A DNA stretch of 64,000 nt from Macrostomum lignano (Eukaryota), in the NCBI GenBank assembly GCA_002269645.1, contig NIVC01000666.1, positions 186,001 to 250,000 of the forward strand, written 5' to 3'. The translations under genes and the position numbers were made by a program. The notes under the pieces were generated by a model. It was not told the origin of the DNA, made no database searches, and saw only the letters and a list, made by a program, of their open reading frames with translations. Positions 11,819 to 24,627 of this stretch are shown piece after piece. The first letter of the stretch is position 1. Each line of letters begins with the position of its first letter.

Positions 11819-12350
11819 AATGGAATCTGACAGTTTCAGGATGGAATCTGACAGTTTCAGAATGGAATCTGACAGTTTCAGGATGGAATCTGACAGTTTC
11901 AGAATGGAATCTGACAGTTTCAGAATGGAATCTGACAGTTTCAGGATGGAATCTGACAGTTTCAGGATGGAATCTGACAGTTTCAGAATGGAATCTGACA
12001 GTTTCAGGATGGAATCTGACAGTTTCAGAATGGAATCTGACAATTTCAGAATGGAATCTGACAGTTTCAGGATGGAATCTGACAGTTTCAGAATGGAATC
12101 TGACAGTTTCAGGATGGAATCTGACAGTTTCAGAATGGAATCTGACAGTTTCAGGATGGAATCTGACAGTTTCAGAATGGAATCTGACAGTTTCAGGATG
12201 GAATCTGACAGTTTCAGAATGGAATCTGACAGTTTCAGGATGGAATCTGACAGTTTCAGAATGGAATCTGACAGTTTCAGAATGGAATCTGACAGTTTCA
12301 GAATGGAATCTGACAGTTTTAGGATGGAATCTGACAGTTTCAGGATTGAA
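11819..12350. repeat. 21-bp minisatellite (ATGGAATCTGACAGTTTCAGR)n, about 25 units
   Basis: Read directly; explains the MESDSFR/SDSILKL ORFs. Confidence 0.97.
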
Positions 12351-12676
12351 TCTTTTAAGGCCCCAATATTATTAACTATAATATCCTCTTATGCTTAAAT
12401 TTTGGTATCGAATATCAATATTAAACAGTTCTATCCAAATTCGCTACCTATTTTTTATCAAGTATCTTCTTTAATATTTAATACTTCTAAAGTCCTTTTA
12501 TGCTTTTTCTGTTTTTAATAGCATGAAAAAAATCAAAAAGTTTTAATTTTACTTGGCCGGTTTCAAGTTCTCGGTCTTGTGTCTCGGTGTGCTTAGTGGG
12601 TTTGGCAACAGTTTAAAAATATAAATTTGGTCAACTCGGTGAAATAAAAGAGATTTCCTTTTCCTTATTTCTACTG

Positions 12677-13699
<1,023 letters not shown>

Positions 13700-13998
13700 C
13701 AAATACACCCCTATGCTCAACTGTTGCTATGCTGCAGGTGCATGAGAAGCGGTACTCAAAACATACTCATGCTGGATTGAATGTACACTCACTGCCGCGC
13801 TGGACTTGAATGCGAGAGAGCACTGGCAGAAGAGAAGGGGGGAGAAGCAACGCCAGCAAGTTAGGAACAATTGCAGAGTATAGACGGGTTTGCGGCTGCT
13901 GTAAAAATCATCCCATAAAGGAGGACAGGTGGACCCAGGCTGCAGCTAGGCCGGATCTGGTTGCCAGGGAAAGAAGAAATTCAACACCGCAGAGAAGC

Positions 13999-16033
13999 AT
14001 GCCTCTGCTGCTTCGCGCAAAGACAATTGTGCTGGGAGACGCGGCCGCGGGCAAGAGCGCCCTGGTGCAGACTTTCCATTCCGATGGGCAGCACTTTGCC
14101 AAGAACTACAACATGACGCTGGGCGTGGAGCTTCTATTGAAAGCGGTCACTCCGCCAGCGGCAGCACCGCTGAGCAGTCGGGTCACTGAGCAGCATCAGC
14201 TACAGATGCAGCTGCAGCAGCAGCAGCAGGTGCAGGTCGAGCTGCACATCTATGACTGCGCCGGCCAGGAGGCCTACGCTGACGCGGTGGAGGGCCACGC
14301 GGAGGGACCCGACCTGTGCGTGCTGACCTATGACGTCACCAGCGAGGCGTCCTTTGAAAAATGCCGTCACTGGCTGGGCAAACTGCAGAGGCTGGTAGAG
14401 AGAGGCAGAGGCAGCCGGCAGATGAAGCCATCAAAGCCGCAGCAGCAGCAGCAGCAGGTGGTAAGCGAACTGCTAGAATAGTGCATGATAAATGCTAATA
14501 ATAGCTGCTTTGTGGTGGATATGATACTTCTGAGAACACAAGTTTATCGATCGCTATATTTGTTCATGAAATGCTATCGGAGAGAGACCGGCGGGACAGG
14601 CAGAGTTCCAGCTAAATTCCATCTGTTCCTAGCTGTCTCTGCTTAGCACGCGTTTCAGTGCCGCTTTTAGGGAAACTGTGTTGCATTTGTGAAGAAAGGT
14701 GAGTGGAGCTATGGACAGCTCCGATATTTATTTTATGTACGCGATACCTGCCTGGACCGTCGCGAAATAACCGCATATAAAAATCTGACAAATCTACAAA
14801 TTAATATACAGCGTGCAACAAAAATAGCTAGTCCAAATTATGCAGGACTTTTATTTGATACTCTACTGACAGTAGAAATATGAGGAAAATACGCTAAGAA
14901 AATAATCTATAAACATGTACTGCTTAACTAATCCAATATTTGCAATATTCTACTCACTACACAGCAATATTATTCACCAATATCAATAGTATACCATAAA
15001 TTTTGAAAAACTACTTCTAAAATACCTTAACATTTGTAGACATTTGGAGTATACATGGTAGGTAACTGGAAGTAGACATTTGGAGTATACATGGTAGGCA
15101 ACTTGGAAGTAGACATTTGGAGTATACATGGTAGGCAACTTGGAAGTAGACATTTGGAGTATACATGGTAGGTAACTTGGAAGTAGACATTTGGAGTATA
15201 CATGGTAGGTAGCTGGAAGTAGACATTTGGAGTATACATGGTAGGTAGCTGGAAGTAGACATTTGGAGTATACATGGTAGGTAGCTGGAAGTAGACATTT
15301 GGAGTAAACATGGTAGGCAACTTGGAAGTAGACATTTGGAGTATACATGGTAGGCGTTGGAAGTAGACATTTGGAGTATACATGGTAGGTGTTGGAAGTA
15401 GACATTTGGAGTATACATCGTAGGTAACTGGAAGTAGACATTCAGGCAGATATACGATCAGCAAGCTATGTTAGGTACATGTATTAAAGGGAAGGTATGA
15501 AATTTATAGTACTCTACTGACAATTGTGAGTAATATAATTTGCGTTTTTCAAAATATGTTTATCAAAATCAGTGCATAAATGCCTTTGCCTTTGCCTATC
15601 AGCATCGGGTAGCAGTTTGTGAACGAATAACTTGATAAGGTTTTGAGTAAGCCTTGGAGAGAACAAACAATGCATGGCTTCATTTGTGATTCGGGAGTCC
15701 ACAAGGTGAGATGCTGAGGAGAATTTAATAGTGTTGAAAGACGGAAAACTTCATGATTTGCAAGCGGCCTTCTGCATCAGAAACTCCCCCTCCCCCTGTT
15801 CTCAGCTGGCGCCGATTCCCACAGCTCTGGTGGCGCTGAAGTCCGACCTGGACAACCGGCGCATTGTGACACCAAGCCAAGGCCAGGAGCTGGCGCAGTC
15901 CGCCGGCCTGGCCTATTTCGAGGCCTCCGCCAAGGACGGCCAAGGCGTTGAGCAGCCGTTCCTGGAGTTGGCCAGGCGCTTCGCTGATCTGTACACGGAG
16001 AGATGCGCCCAGGTGTGCGAGCTGGTCAGCTGA
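13999..16033 (+). CDS. IFT27: Intraflagellar transport 27 (RABL4) small GTPase, about 229 aa; join(13999..14460,15806..16033)
   Basis: LRAKTIVLGDAAAGKSALVQTFHSDGQHFAKNYNMTLGVEL, ELHIYDCAGQE, VLTYDVTSEASF, FEASAK, PFLELARRFADLY match IFT27; GTAAGC donor 14461, TTCTCAG acceptor 15805, both phase 0. Confidence 0.9.
15035..15443. repeat. 36/37-bp minisatellite (GGAAGTAGACATTTGGAGTATACATGGTAGGTAACT) in the IFT27 intron
   Basis: Read directly. Confidence 0.95.
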
Positions 16034-16590
16034 TCCCGTTGCTGGCTTCCTGATTGTCACTGATCGGGCCAGCCCGATGAATGAAAGATTCAAAGAAAGA
16101 GTCGCTGGTTTGCGAAAGAGTCTACTGACAAGTAGAGAGTATCAGAATGTTAAGCAAAAGCGTATCAAAGTCCAGATTTTTTACAGCCGGCAGAAACACA
16201 CCTTTTGTCAGTATGAATTTAAACTGAAATTATTTATTGCGAAAATTCACCAAACAAAAACGACTTATTGCAAGCTTTAAGGATATTTTACAAAAGTATA
16301 GAACAGAAAATTGAAATCTTCAAGTAGAACGAGCGGCTGAATTTGCACAGACAAAGTTGAATTGCAGATAAATTTTGTAAAATTATGCGAACCTTAACGC
16401 CTCCTCAACCTGAGTGTTGCGTCCGGATACAACAGAGAGGCTGTGCATGGCATGAGAATGAATGCTAATGCAATTGCAGACGATGCCAAAGTCACGAGGT
16501 TAAATGAAGTTCGATGCAAAGAAGCAGCTGCTTGTGGTGTGCTGGATAGTTGCTGTGGTGAGGTCGGAGGCTCAGGGAGCCCTAGGCTGC

Positions 16591-17080
16591 TCAGTCTCCC
16601 AGACGCGTGACCTGCAGCAGTGTGGCGCTGGGACTGGCGCTAACCCTGACGATGGGGCCGTTGCGAAGCACTATCAGACGGGCCCAGTCTCCGGGCTGCA
16701 GGCGCAGCTTCCTCTGCACTGAGCAGCCTGTCTGGGACACCGCCGCTGGCCGGCCGTTCACCAGCAGGCCGACCGGCACAGCGGAGGCCTGCTCGGGCGA
16801 GGTGAACGTCACGTGACCGAACAGGTCGTAGAGGCCGGCCATGCTGATGCGGACTCGACCGTCGGCTGGCGACAGTCGGAATGGCGACGGCTCTGAGCAG
16901 TCGGGACCGACGCAGCGGAGTGGGGCCAGCGACATGGTGCCTGCGGGATCGATTGGTTGGTCGACTGATTTGTCGGTTGCTTGATTTATTGGGCGATAGG
17001 TTGATTGGGTGATTAATTGGTTGGTTGGTTGATTGATTGATTCGTTGATTGATAGATTGGTTGGTTGGTTGATTGATTGG

Positions 17081-17111
<31 letters not shown>

Positions 17112-17128
17112 ATTCGTTAATTGGTTGG

Positions 17129-17175
<47 letters not shown>

Positions 17176-17370
17176 GTTGGTTGGTTGGTTGGTTGATTGA
17201 TTGATTGGTTGATTGATTGATTGGTTGATTGATTGATTGATTGGTTGGTTGATTGATCGGTTGATTGACTGATTGATTGGTTGGTTGATTGATTCGTTGA
17301 TTGGTTGGTTGATTGATTGATTGATTGATTGGTTGGTTGATTGATTCTTGGATTGACTGATTGATTGATA

Positions 17371-17418
<48 letters not shown>

Positions 17419-18732
17419 GCTGGTTGGTTGGTTGGTTGATTGATTGATTGGTTGATTGATTGATTGATTGGTTGGTTGATTGATCGGTTGATTGATTGAT
17501 TGATTGGTTGGTTGATTGATCGGTTGATTGATTGATTGATTGATTGGTTGGTTGATTGATTCTTGGATTGACTGATTGATTGATTAATTGATTGATTGAT
17601 TGGTTGACTGACCAACTTGTGGGGAAAATTCGAACTCACGACAGTGACAAAGTTTATAGAGCAAAGTATCTTTTCCTATTCCTTTCACGGACGCGATGCC
17701 ACTGTCTTGTAGGTAAACAAAATCCTCACCCTTGAACACGTAGTCGGCACCATTCCGACACTGCAGTGCCCTCATCGACTGCTGCTGTTGCCTCGCCTTA
17801 GTGCACTGCGGCAGCGAGCGCAGATCTAGTGCGTAGGATCTCTGCGAGGGTTGCGAGGGGGGTGAGTGTTTGTCTGGGGGTGGAAAAAGTGCAGAAAAGC
17901 CGTGGCTTGGAATTTCCTTGTAGAGTGCGCTGGATCACACTGGTGAGGAGCGGTGGCAGCGGAACTCTGGGGTACACCTGACCAGAACTGCATAGCAACG
18001 CTTACCATGCAGGACAAGAGCTCATAGGGACCCTTGATAAAATTGAGCAAGGGCTAAAAATAGCTGTTCTGAGTTCATTCTGCCTGCCTTCTCTGTCTTC
18101 ACGGCTGTCTTTATGTTTATATGTTTTAGTATTCGTCTGCTTGGCCTATAGTGTCTTTCAGCATGTCTTTGTGTCGGTCTCTGTCTAAGTGTCAGTGTGC
18201 ATGTAGTAGTGTCTCAATGTCTTTGTGCCTGCATGCATGTCCTAGTGTCTATCTGCATGTCCTAGTGTCTATTTGCATGTCCTAGTGTCTATCTGCATGT
18301 CCTAGTGTCTATCTGCATGTCCTAGTGTCTATCTGCATGTCCTAGTGTCTATTTGCATGTCCTAGTGTCTATCTGCATGTCCTAGTGTCTATCTGCATGT
18401 CCTAGTGTCTATTTGCATGTCCTAGTGTCTATCTGCATGTCCTAGTGTCTGTCTCACAGCGCCAGACTCACAGTCAAAACCGTCGGGGCTGCAGGCAGAT
18501 TTCTCGCAGCTGAAGAAGGTGCCTTGCCGTCATTGAAAGTGGCATTTTGTTGAACAGGAGACTTGGAGCCGGCTCCATATCGTGGCCAGAGTTGCAGGCA
18601 GACAATTGAAGAGGCGAACAACAGGCAGAGCAGCGCTGAGACGCATGTCATTCTCAAAGGCTTTGAGACAGTCGGTTGTTCGTTGGGAGTCTGCGAGGGA
18701 ATCCGGATGAAGCTGTCGTTGGGCGTCGGCAT
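16591..18732 (-). CDS. TNF-superfamily ligand-like type II membrane protein (EDA/Eiger-like), about 286 aa; complement(join(16591..16940,17640..17841,18006..18053,18472..18732))
   Basis: Short N-terminus, one hydrophobic helix (VSALLCLLFASSIVCL), stalk, then DGRVRISMAGLYDLFGHVTF...LLVNGRP...CSV...LRLQPGDW...SATLLQVTRL aligning to TNF homology domain strands. All junctions GT-AG with compatible phases (0,0,1). Confidence 0.7.
16990..17605. repeat. (GATT/GGTT)n microsatellite in the last intron of the TNF-like gene
   Basis: Read directly. Confidence 0.95.
18235..18452. repeat. 20-bp minisatellite (GTCCTAGTGTCTATCTGCAT) in intron 1 of the TNF-like gene
   Basis: Read directly; shares the CCTAGTGTCT core with the 47.4-49.9 kb array. 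Confidence 0.92.
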
Positions 18733-19169
18733 TATTTTGAGCTTGTTCTCCTTGTAACGAATATTGGATCTGTGATTGCAGGTGCACGCGCAATCGACAC
18801 GGGACAAGAACCGGCACGACTCCATGCCTTGTACTCGTATCTGCCCGTATATAAGAAGGGGGGGGGCGATTCCGCGGACTTAAATATATGACTCAGAGCG
18901 TTGGTTTTGCGGAAAGAGGTGCTAAATAATTGGCAAAAGGCACCGCATTTGCGCAGCAACTGGATTGAGTAAAATCAGTTTGCACATACGAGGATGTGCG
19001 ATGCTTCGGTAGCAGATTTTTGACATGACGTAGAGCGAAACTCCCATGGAAGGCACTTTGGCTTTTTAACTAACAAGGATGTAGCTGCTGCCAACTGGAT
19101 TAACTGAATGTCAGATAGGAATATTAGCGATTTAAATTGCACAGAGTTACCATTTAGGGAAAGCAAAGG

Positions 19170-19560
19170 GAGGTTTGTGAATGAGGGACAGGTGGGGATT
19201 AGTGACTGAGGGACTGATGGGGATTAGTGAATGAGGTACGGATGGGGATTAGTGAATGAGGGACGGATGGGGATTAGTGAATGGGAGACAGTTGGGGATT
19301 AGTGAATGGGAGACAGTTGGGGATTAGTGAATGAGAGACAGTTGGGGATTAGTGAATGAGAGACAGTTGGGGATTAGTATATGCGGATGGGGACACGTGA
19401 AAGTATTAGTGTGTTAATTCATTAGTGTATTAGTTCATTAGTGTATTAGTTCATTAGTGTATTAGTTCATTAGTGTATTAGTTCATTAGTGTATTAGTTC
19501 ATTACTAGTGTATTAGTTCATTCGTGTATTAGTTCATTAGCGTATTAGTTCATTAGTGTA
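19170..19560. repeat. Two adjacent minisatellites (about 25-bp GGGGATTAGTGAATGAGAGACAGTT; 16-bp TAGTGTATTAGTTCAT)
   Basis: Read directly. Confidence 0.9.
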
Positions 19561-19821
19561 TTGATTAAAAATAAAACAAGAGATTATAATTCTATAGAAG
19601 AATTATATTCTCTAAGGTACATAAATAAGTACCTGGTAAAAATACATTACGTGTATATAGAATATTATACTTAAATTTGCATTGCAGACGAGGCTGACAT
19701 TTCTATCAGTTAAATATCATTTCATTCATTCGCAAATAATTAGCAATTAGTGATAGTAAAGGCAAAAAATTATCAAGCAGTTAATGGCGCTTTAACTGTA
19801 TCAGCGCAAACTGATTCTGCG

Positions 19822-20039
19822 TCAGCGTGTCAGGAGGCGCCACAGTGCCAGGAGGCGCCACAGCGAACTGACACAGCGAAGGCCTGCTCGAGTGATTGAG
19901 GTGAACGTCACGTGACCGAATAGGTAGTAGATGCCGGCCATGCCGATACGGACTCGACCGTCGGCTGGCGACAGTCGGAATGGCGACGGCTCTGAGCAGT
20001 CGGGACCGACGCAGCGGAGTGGGGCCAGCGACATGGTGC
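19822..20039 (-). pseudogene. Frameshifted, truncated duplicate of the last exon of the TNF-like gene
   Basis: 19898-20053 matches 16799-16954 with 5 substitutions and the same ATCCCGCAG acceptor; after TFTS a frameshift and a CTGTGGCGCCTCCTG duplication lead to early stops. Confidence 0.75.
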
Positions 20040-20054
20040 CTGCGGGATCGATTT

Positions 20055-21460
20055 GTTGCTTGCTTGATTGGTTGTTTGCTTGGTAGCTTTCTTGCTTGAT
20101 TGGTTGTTTGCTTGGTATCTTTCTTGCTTGATTGGTATCTTTCTTGCTTGATTGGTATCTTTCTTGCTTGATTGGTATCTTTCTTGCTTGATTGGTTGTT
20201 TGCTTGGTAGCTTTCTTGCTTGATTGGTTGATTAGTTTGGTTATCTGGTAGGTTGGTTGATGGATTGAGCAAGTACACACCGGGCATGAAAGTACACAGG
20301 CGAAGAATAGCTTCAATCCCCTCAGCCAACTCCTATACCTGGGAACTCACAGTGCAAATTGTTGCCACCCAGTCCAACCCACTATAATGCAGAGGGTAGA
20401 TTTCGTGGTAGAAGCGTCCGTTGAGTGGCATTGTGTGTCTGGCCAAAGTAATCTTTCGTACAAATATAATTTATGGAAATACGTGTGCACGAATGTACAT
20501 GTAGACATGCAGTAAGGGAATTCCATGGACTGGATTTACTGCTAATTATAGAAACCATGCAATACATTCCTTGAGGGCCAAAAAAGCACTTTGCTGTACT
20601 ATTGAGATTAGAAATTTCATAATGTGCTACTTTTTTGGTTCCCATTTCTTCTTCGAGCAGAAACGTGGGCAAGCATTGCTCTCGCCCTGCACAGCACCCT
20701 CTCACCTGATTAAACATTTGCAACCTCTTCATCACCCTCATACCCTCTCAATCATCCTTCAACTCTCTTTATTCCGCTCTTCATTACCCTGACACCATTT
20801 TCATTGCCCTCACACCCTCTTCATTACCCTCAAACCCTTTTAATTGCCCTCACACCCTCTTAATTACCCTCAAACCCTTTTCATAGCCCTCACACCCTTT
20901 TCATTACCCTCAAACCCTTTTCATTGCCCTCAAACCCTCTTCATAACCCTCACACCCTTTTCATAACCCTCACACCCCTTCATAACCCTCACACCCTTTT
21001 CATAACCCTCACACCCTTTTCATTGCCCTCACACCGTCTTCATTACCCTCAAACCCTTTTCATTACCCTCAAACCCTTTTCATTGCCCTCAAACCCTCTT
21101 CATAACACTCACACCCTTTCATAACCCTCACACCCTTTTCATAACCTTCAAACCCTTTTCATTGCCCTCACACCCTTTTCATAACCCTCACACCCTTTTC
21201 ATAATCCTCACACCCTTTTCATAACCCTCACACCCTTTTCATAACCCTCACACCCTTTTCATTACCCTCTTACCCTCTTCCTTACCTTAACACACTCTTT
21301 GTTACCCTCACACCCTTTTCATTACCCTCTTACCCTCTTCCTTACCTTAACACACTCTTTGTTACCCTGACACCCTTTTCATTACCCTCTTACCCTCTTC
21401 CTTACCTTAACACACTCTTTGTTACCCTCACACCCTTTTTATCACCCTCTAACCCTTTCC
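20055..21460. repeat. Two minisatellites: CTTGCTTGATTGG-based (20055-20265) and 20-bp TCATTACCCTCACACCCTTT (20725-21460)
   Basis: Read directly. Confidence 0.9.
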
Positions 21461-21601
21461 ATCAGCCCCCACCGTTCCCGTTCTTTTCATGGCGGCATGG
21501 CACACGGAAATGACCAACTATGCTCGTAAGCAAACCTGGCTGACACAAAAAGCTATTGAAGGTATCAGAGATAGGACTGCTCACTCCGAAAGGAACATTT
21601 A

Positions 21602-23260
21602 CAGTCATGCACAAAAGTAAGCACACCCCAAGCAAAAAATTGAGAAAAACGGCTACAATTTCTGAACCGTCAGCTCCACCACGACAAAACTGCATCACAA
21701 TGATCCTTATTGACTGGCGCTTATTTTGACACATCAAGCTTTGAAAAACTCTTTGTGGCTAAGGAGCTGTGGCCAAAAATGCTCAAACACACCTGTGCAA
21801 AAGTAAGTACACCCTGTCTTAATACTTTGTAGCTCCACCTCGTGCAGCCACCACAGCCAAGAGCCGCTTGCGGTAGCCATTCACCAGCGCAGCGCACCTC
21901 TCAGCAGGCACTTTCTGCCACTCCTCGATGCAGAATTCGGCCAATTCCCGCAGATTCTTCGGCTTCCTCGCGTGAACCATCTTCTTGAGATCCGTCCACA
22001 GCATCTCGATCGGATTCAGGTCAGGGCTCTGGCTTGGCCACTCCATGACCTTGATGCGCCTCTGCTGCAGCCATCGCCGAGTTGCAGCACTCGTGTGCTT
22101 GGGGTCATTGTCCTGCTGCAGTGTCCAAGCTCGTCCAAGACCGAGGTCATGCACTGATGACTGCAGGTTTTCATCAAGGATCTGCTGATACACGGCCGAA
22201 TTCATCTTCTCGGTGATGTGCATCAGCCTGCCGGTGCCAGCAGCTGCAAAGCAGACCCACAGCATGATGCTGCCGCCTCCGTGCTTGACTGTCGGCTTCA
22301 GGTGTTTCTGCTCAAATGAGGTGTTCGGCTTGTGCCACACGCACTGTTTCTCATTCCTGCCGAACAGCTCAATCTTGGTTTCATCAGTCCAAAGCACTGA
22401 CTGCCAGTAGCTGTCCGGCTTGCTCAGCATCGCATTAGCGAACTGCAGCCTGGCATCGCGATGTCGCTGCTGCAGCAGAGGCTTTTTTTCTTGGAATGCA
22501 GCTGCGGAGGCCCACGCGGTTTAGGGCTCGGCGAACAGTAGTCCTGTGCGGCAATAAGCCAGCTGCATTCAGCATCTGCTGCAGCTCACCTGATGTTGCA
22601 TTCGGGTTTTGGCTGACCTCTTGCGTGAGTTTGCGCAGCGCGCGAGCTGAAATTTTGCTCGGCCGGCCACTGCGAGGCAGAGATGCTGTGGTGCCGTGCT
22701 GTTTGTACTTTGCGATGATGCGCCTAACCGTTGATACAAGCACATTGAAGGCAGCAGATATCCGCTTGTAGCCATCGCCACTATTGTGAGCTGCTACAAT
22801 GCGATTTCTTAACTGAACTGACAGCTCCTGGCCTCTTGGCATTGTCCTGGCGTGTATCAAGTCAATGACGAAGCGGCTGCAGTGCACATGAGCTTTATAG
22901 TAGCATGAAAACCAGTAGCTGAGCCGATTGAGGGCAGGGGCGAGCAGGACTAAAGTCGCTGGTGATGTAACAGGCAGTGAGGCGGCTGGCAATGTACTTG
23001 TGGTGGCTCGCATTTGCACAGAGGAGGTTATACTGGTAGTGAAGGGCAGGGTGTACTTACTTTTGCACAGGTGTGTTTGAGCATTTTTGGCCACAGCTCC
23101 TTAGCCACAAAGAGTTTTTCAAAGCTTGATGTGTCAAAATAAGCGCCAGTCAATAAGGATCATTGTGATGCATTTTTGTCGTAATAGAGCTGACGGTTCA
23201 GAAATTATAACCGTTTTTCTCAATTTTTGCTTGGGGTGTACTTACTTTTGTGCATGACTG
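21602..23260 (-). mobile_element. Full-length Tc1-family DNA transposon, IR/DR type, 1659 bp, TA target duplication
   Basis: TA|CAGTCATGCAC at 21600 and GTGCATGACTG|TA at 23260; TIRs 21602-21816 and 23047-23260, each with outer and inner direct repeats (GCA(C)AAAAGTAAGTACACCC). Confidence 0.95.
21819..22842 (-). pseudogene. Tc1 DD34E transposase, 340 aa after removing one extra A in the A7 run near 22483-22489
   Basis: MPRGQELSVQLRNRIV...RSGRP...WTDETK...HGGGS...QQDNDPKH-(34)-E in SPDLNPIE; span is 1024 nt = 341 codons + 1. Confidence 0.92.
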
Positions 23261-23734
23261 TATATATTTTCGAACTCATATCAGAACTTAAAAGAAGACT
23301 TTGACACGAGAAACACTCACAAGCAAACAAGAATCAGTTTGTATAACAATAATTTTTTGTCATGCAATCAGGCCTAAAACCGCAAAAAACAAGAACAGAC
23401 TGACAAAAACGCTCAGATAGTCAAACGCTTGTAAAATCTATTTAAAAACCTGTGTCAACAATGAGTTGAACTCATTTGATCAGCAAGCTGCTCTGAGAGG
23501 CTGGCAAACAATCAATTTTCCTGGAGAAAAAAGGGGAATGACAAGCGTGGAATAACAGACTTCGGGAATGGCATAACGCCCCTTGACATCAGAAGCATCA
23601 CATGGACACGGACGAGCTCTGCTCAGTATATAAAAATAAAAAAGGGGTGAGAGTAAAAAGACATAAACAAGCCGTTATCGTCAAGACTAATTTTTTTAAA
23701 GAAATTAGAAACTGCACTTAACTTCCGCTGGCAA

Positions 23735-24310
23735 TGGGAGGGTGAGGGAGGCAGGGGAGAATGAGGGAGGCAGGGGAGGGTGAGGGAGGCAGGGGGAGGG
23801 GTGAGGGAGGCTGGGGAGGGTGAGGGAGGCAGGGGGAGGGTGAGGGAGACAGGGGGAGGGTGAGGGAGGCAGGGGGAGGGTGAGGGAGACAGGGGGAGGG
23901 TGAGGGAGGCAGGGGGAGGGTGAGGGAGGCAGGGGGGTGAGGGAGGCTGGGGAGGGTGAGGGAGGCAGGGGGAGGGTGAGGGAGGCTAGGGAGGGTGATG
24001 GAGGCAGAGGGAGGGTGAGGAAGGCAGGGGGAGGGGTGAGGGAGGCAGGGGGAGGGTGAGGGAGGCAGGGGGAGGGGTGAGGGAGGCAGGGGGAGGGGTG
24101 AGGGAGGCAGGAGGAGGGTGAGGGAGGCAGGGGGAGGGGTGAAGGAGGCTGGGGAGGGTAAGGGAGGCCAGGGGAGGGTGAGGGAGGCAGGGAGGGTGAG
24201 GGAGACAGGGGGAGGGTGAGGGAGGCCAGGGGGAGGGTGAGGGAGGCCAGGGGGAGGGTGAGGGAGGCAGGGAAGAGGGTGAGCGAGGCAGGGGGAGGGT
24301 GAGGTGGCAG
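23735..24310. repeat. G-rich minisatellite (GGGAGGGTGAGGGAGGCAGG)n, G-quadruplex-forming potential
   Basis: Read directly; repeated runs of three or more G with short loops. Confidence 0.92.
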
Positions 24311-24627
24311 GCAAGATATAAAAAAGACCTATAATGGTGACAGACGAATAGTGACACACAGCAAAACACACCGCACATGAGACAAGCGGACTTAACAAAA
24401 CAACTAACAATGGAAGCACATTGAATTTTAATTTTTACACTCGTACAAAGTTAACCAGCTGGCTCGTACACATGTACTTTTAAAAAGACAAATTAAAAGC
24501 CGGTCAATAGCCAGATAGATAATGCAATAAAAATTGTATTTTTTTTTAAAAAAAAGCGAGGAGCTTGTATAGAAACTACTGGTTGGATTTTCAAATTTCT
24601 TAGACGCTACTTAAAGTAGAATCTGAT

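Noticed and set aside
20340-20430. Upstream exon (MPLNGRFYHEIYPLHYSGLDWVATICT|GTGAGT) for the duplicated TNF exon
   Set aside because: The donor is phase 0 while the duplicated exon needs phase 1, and there is no similarity to the main gene's exons.
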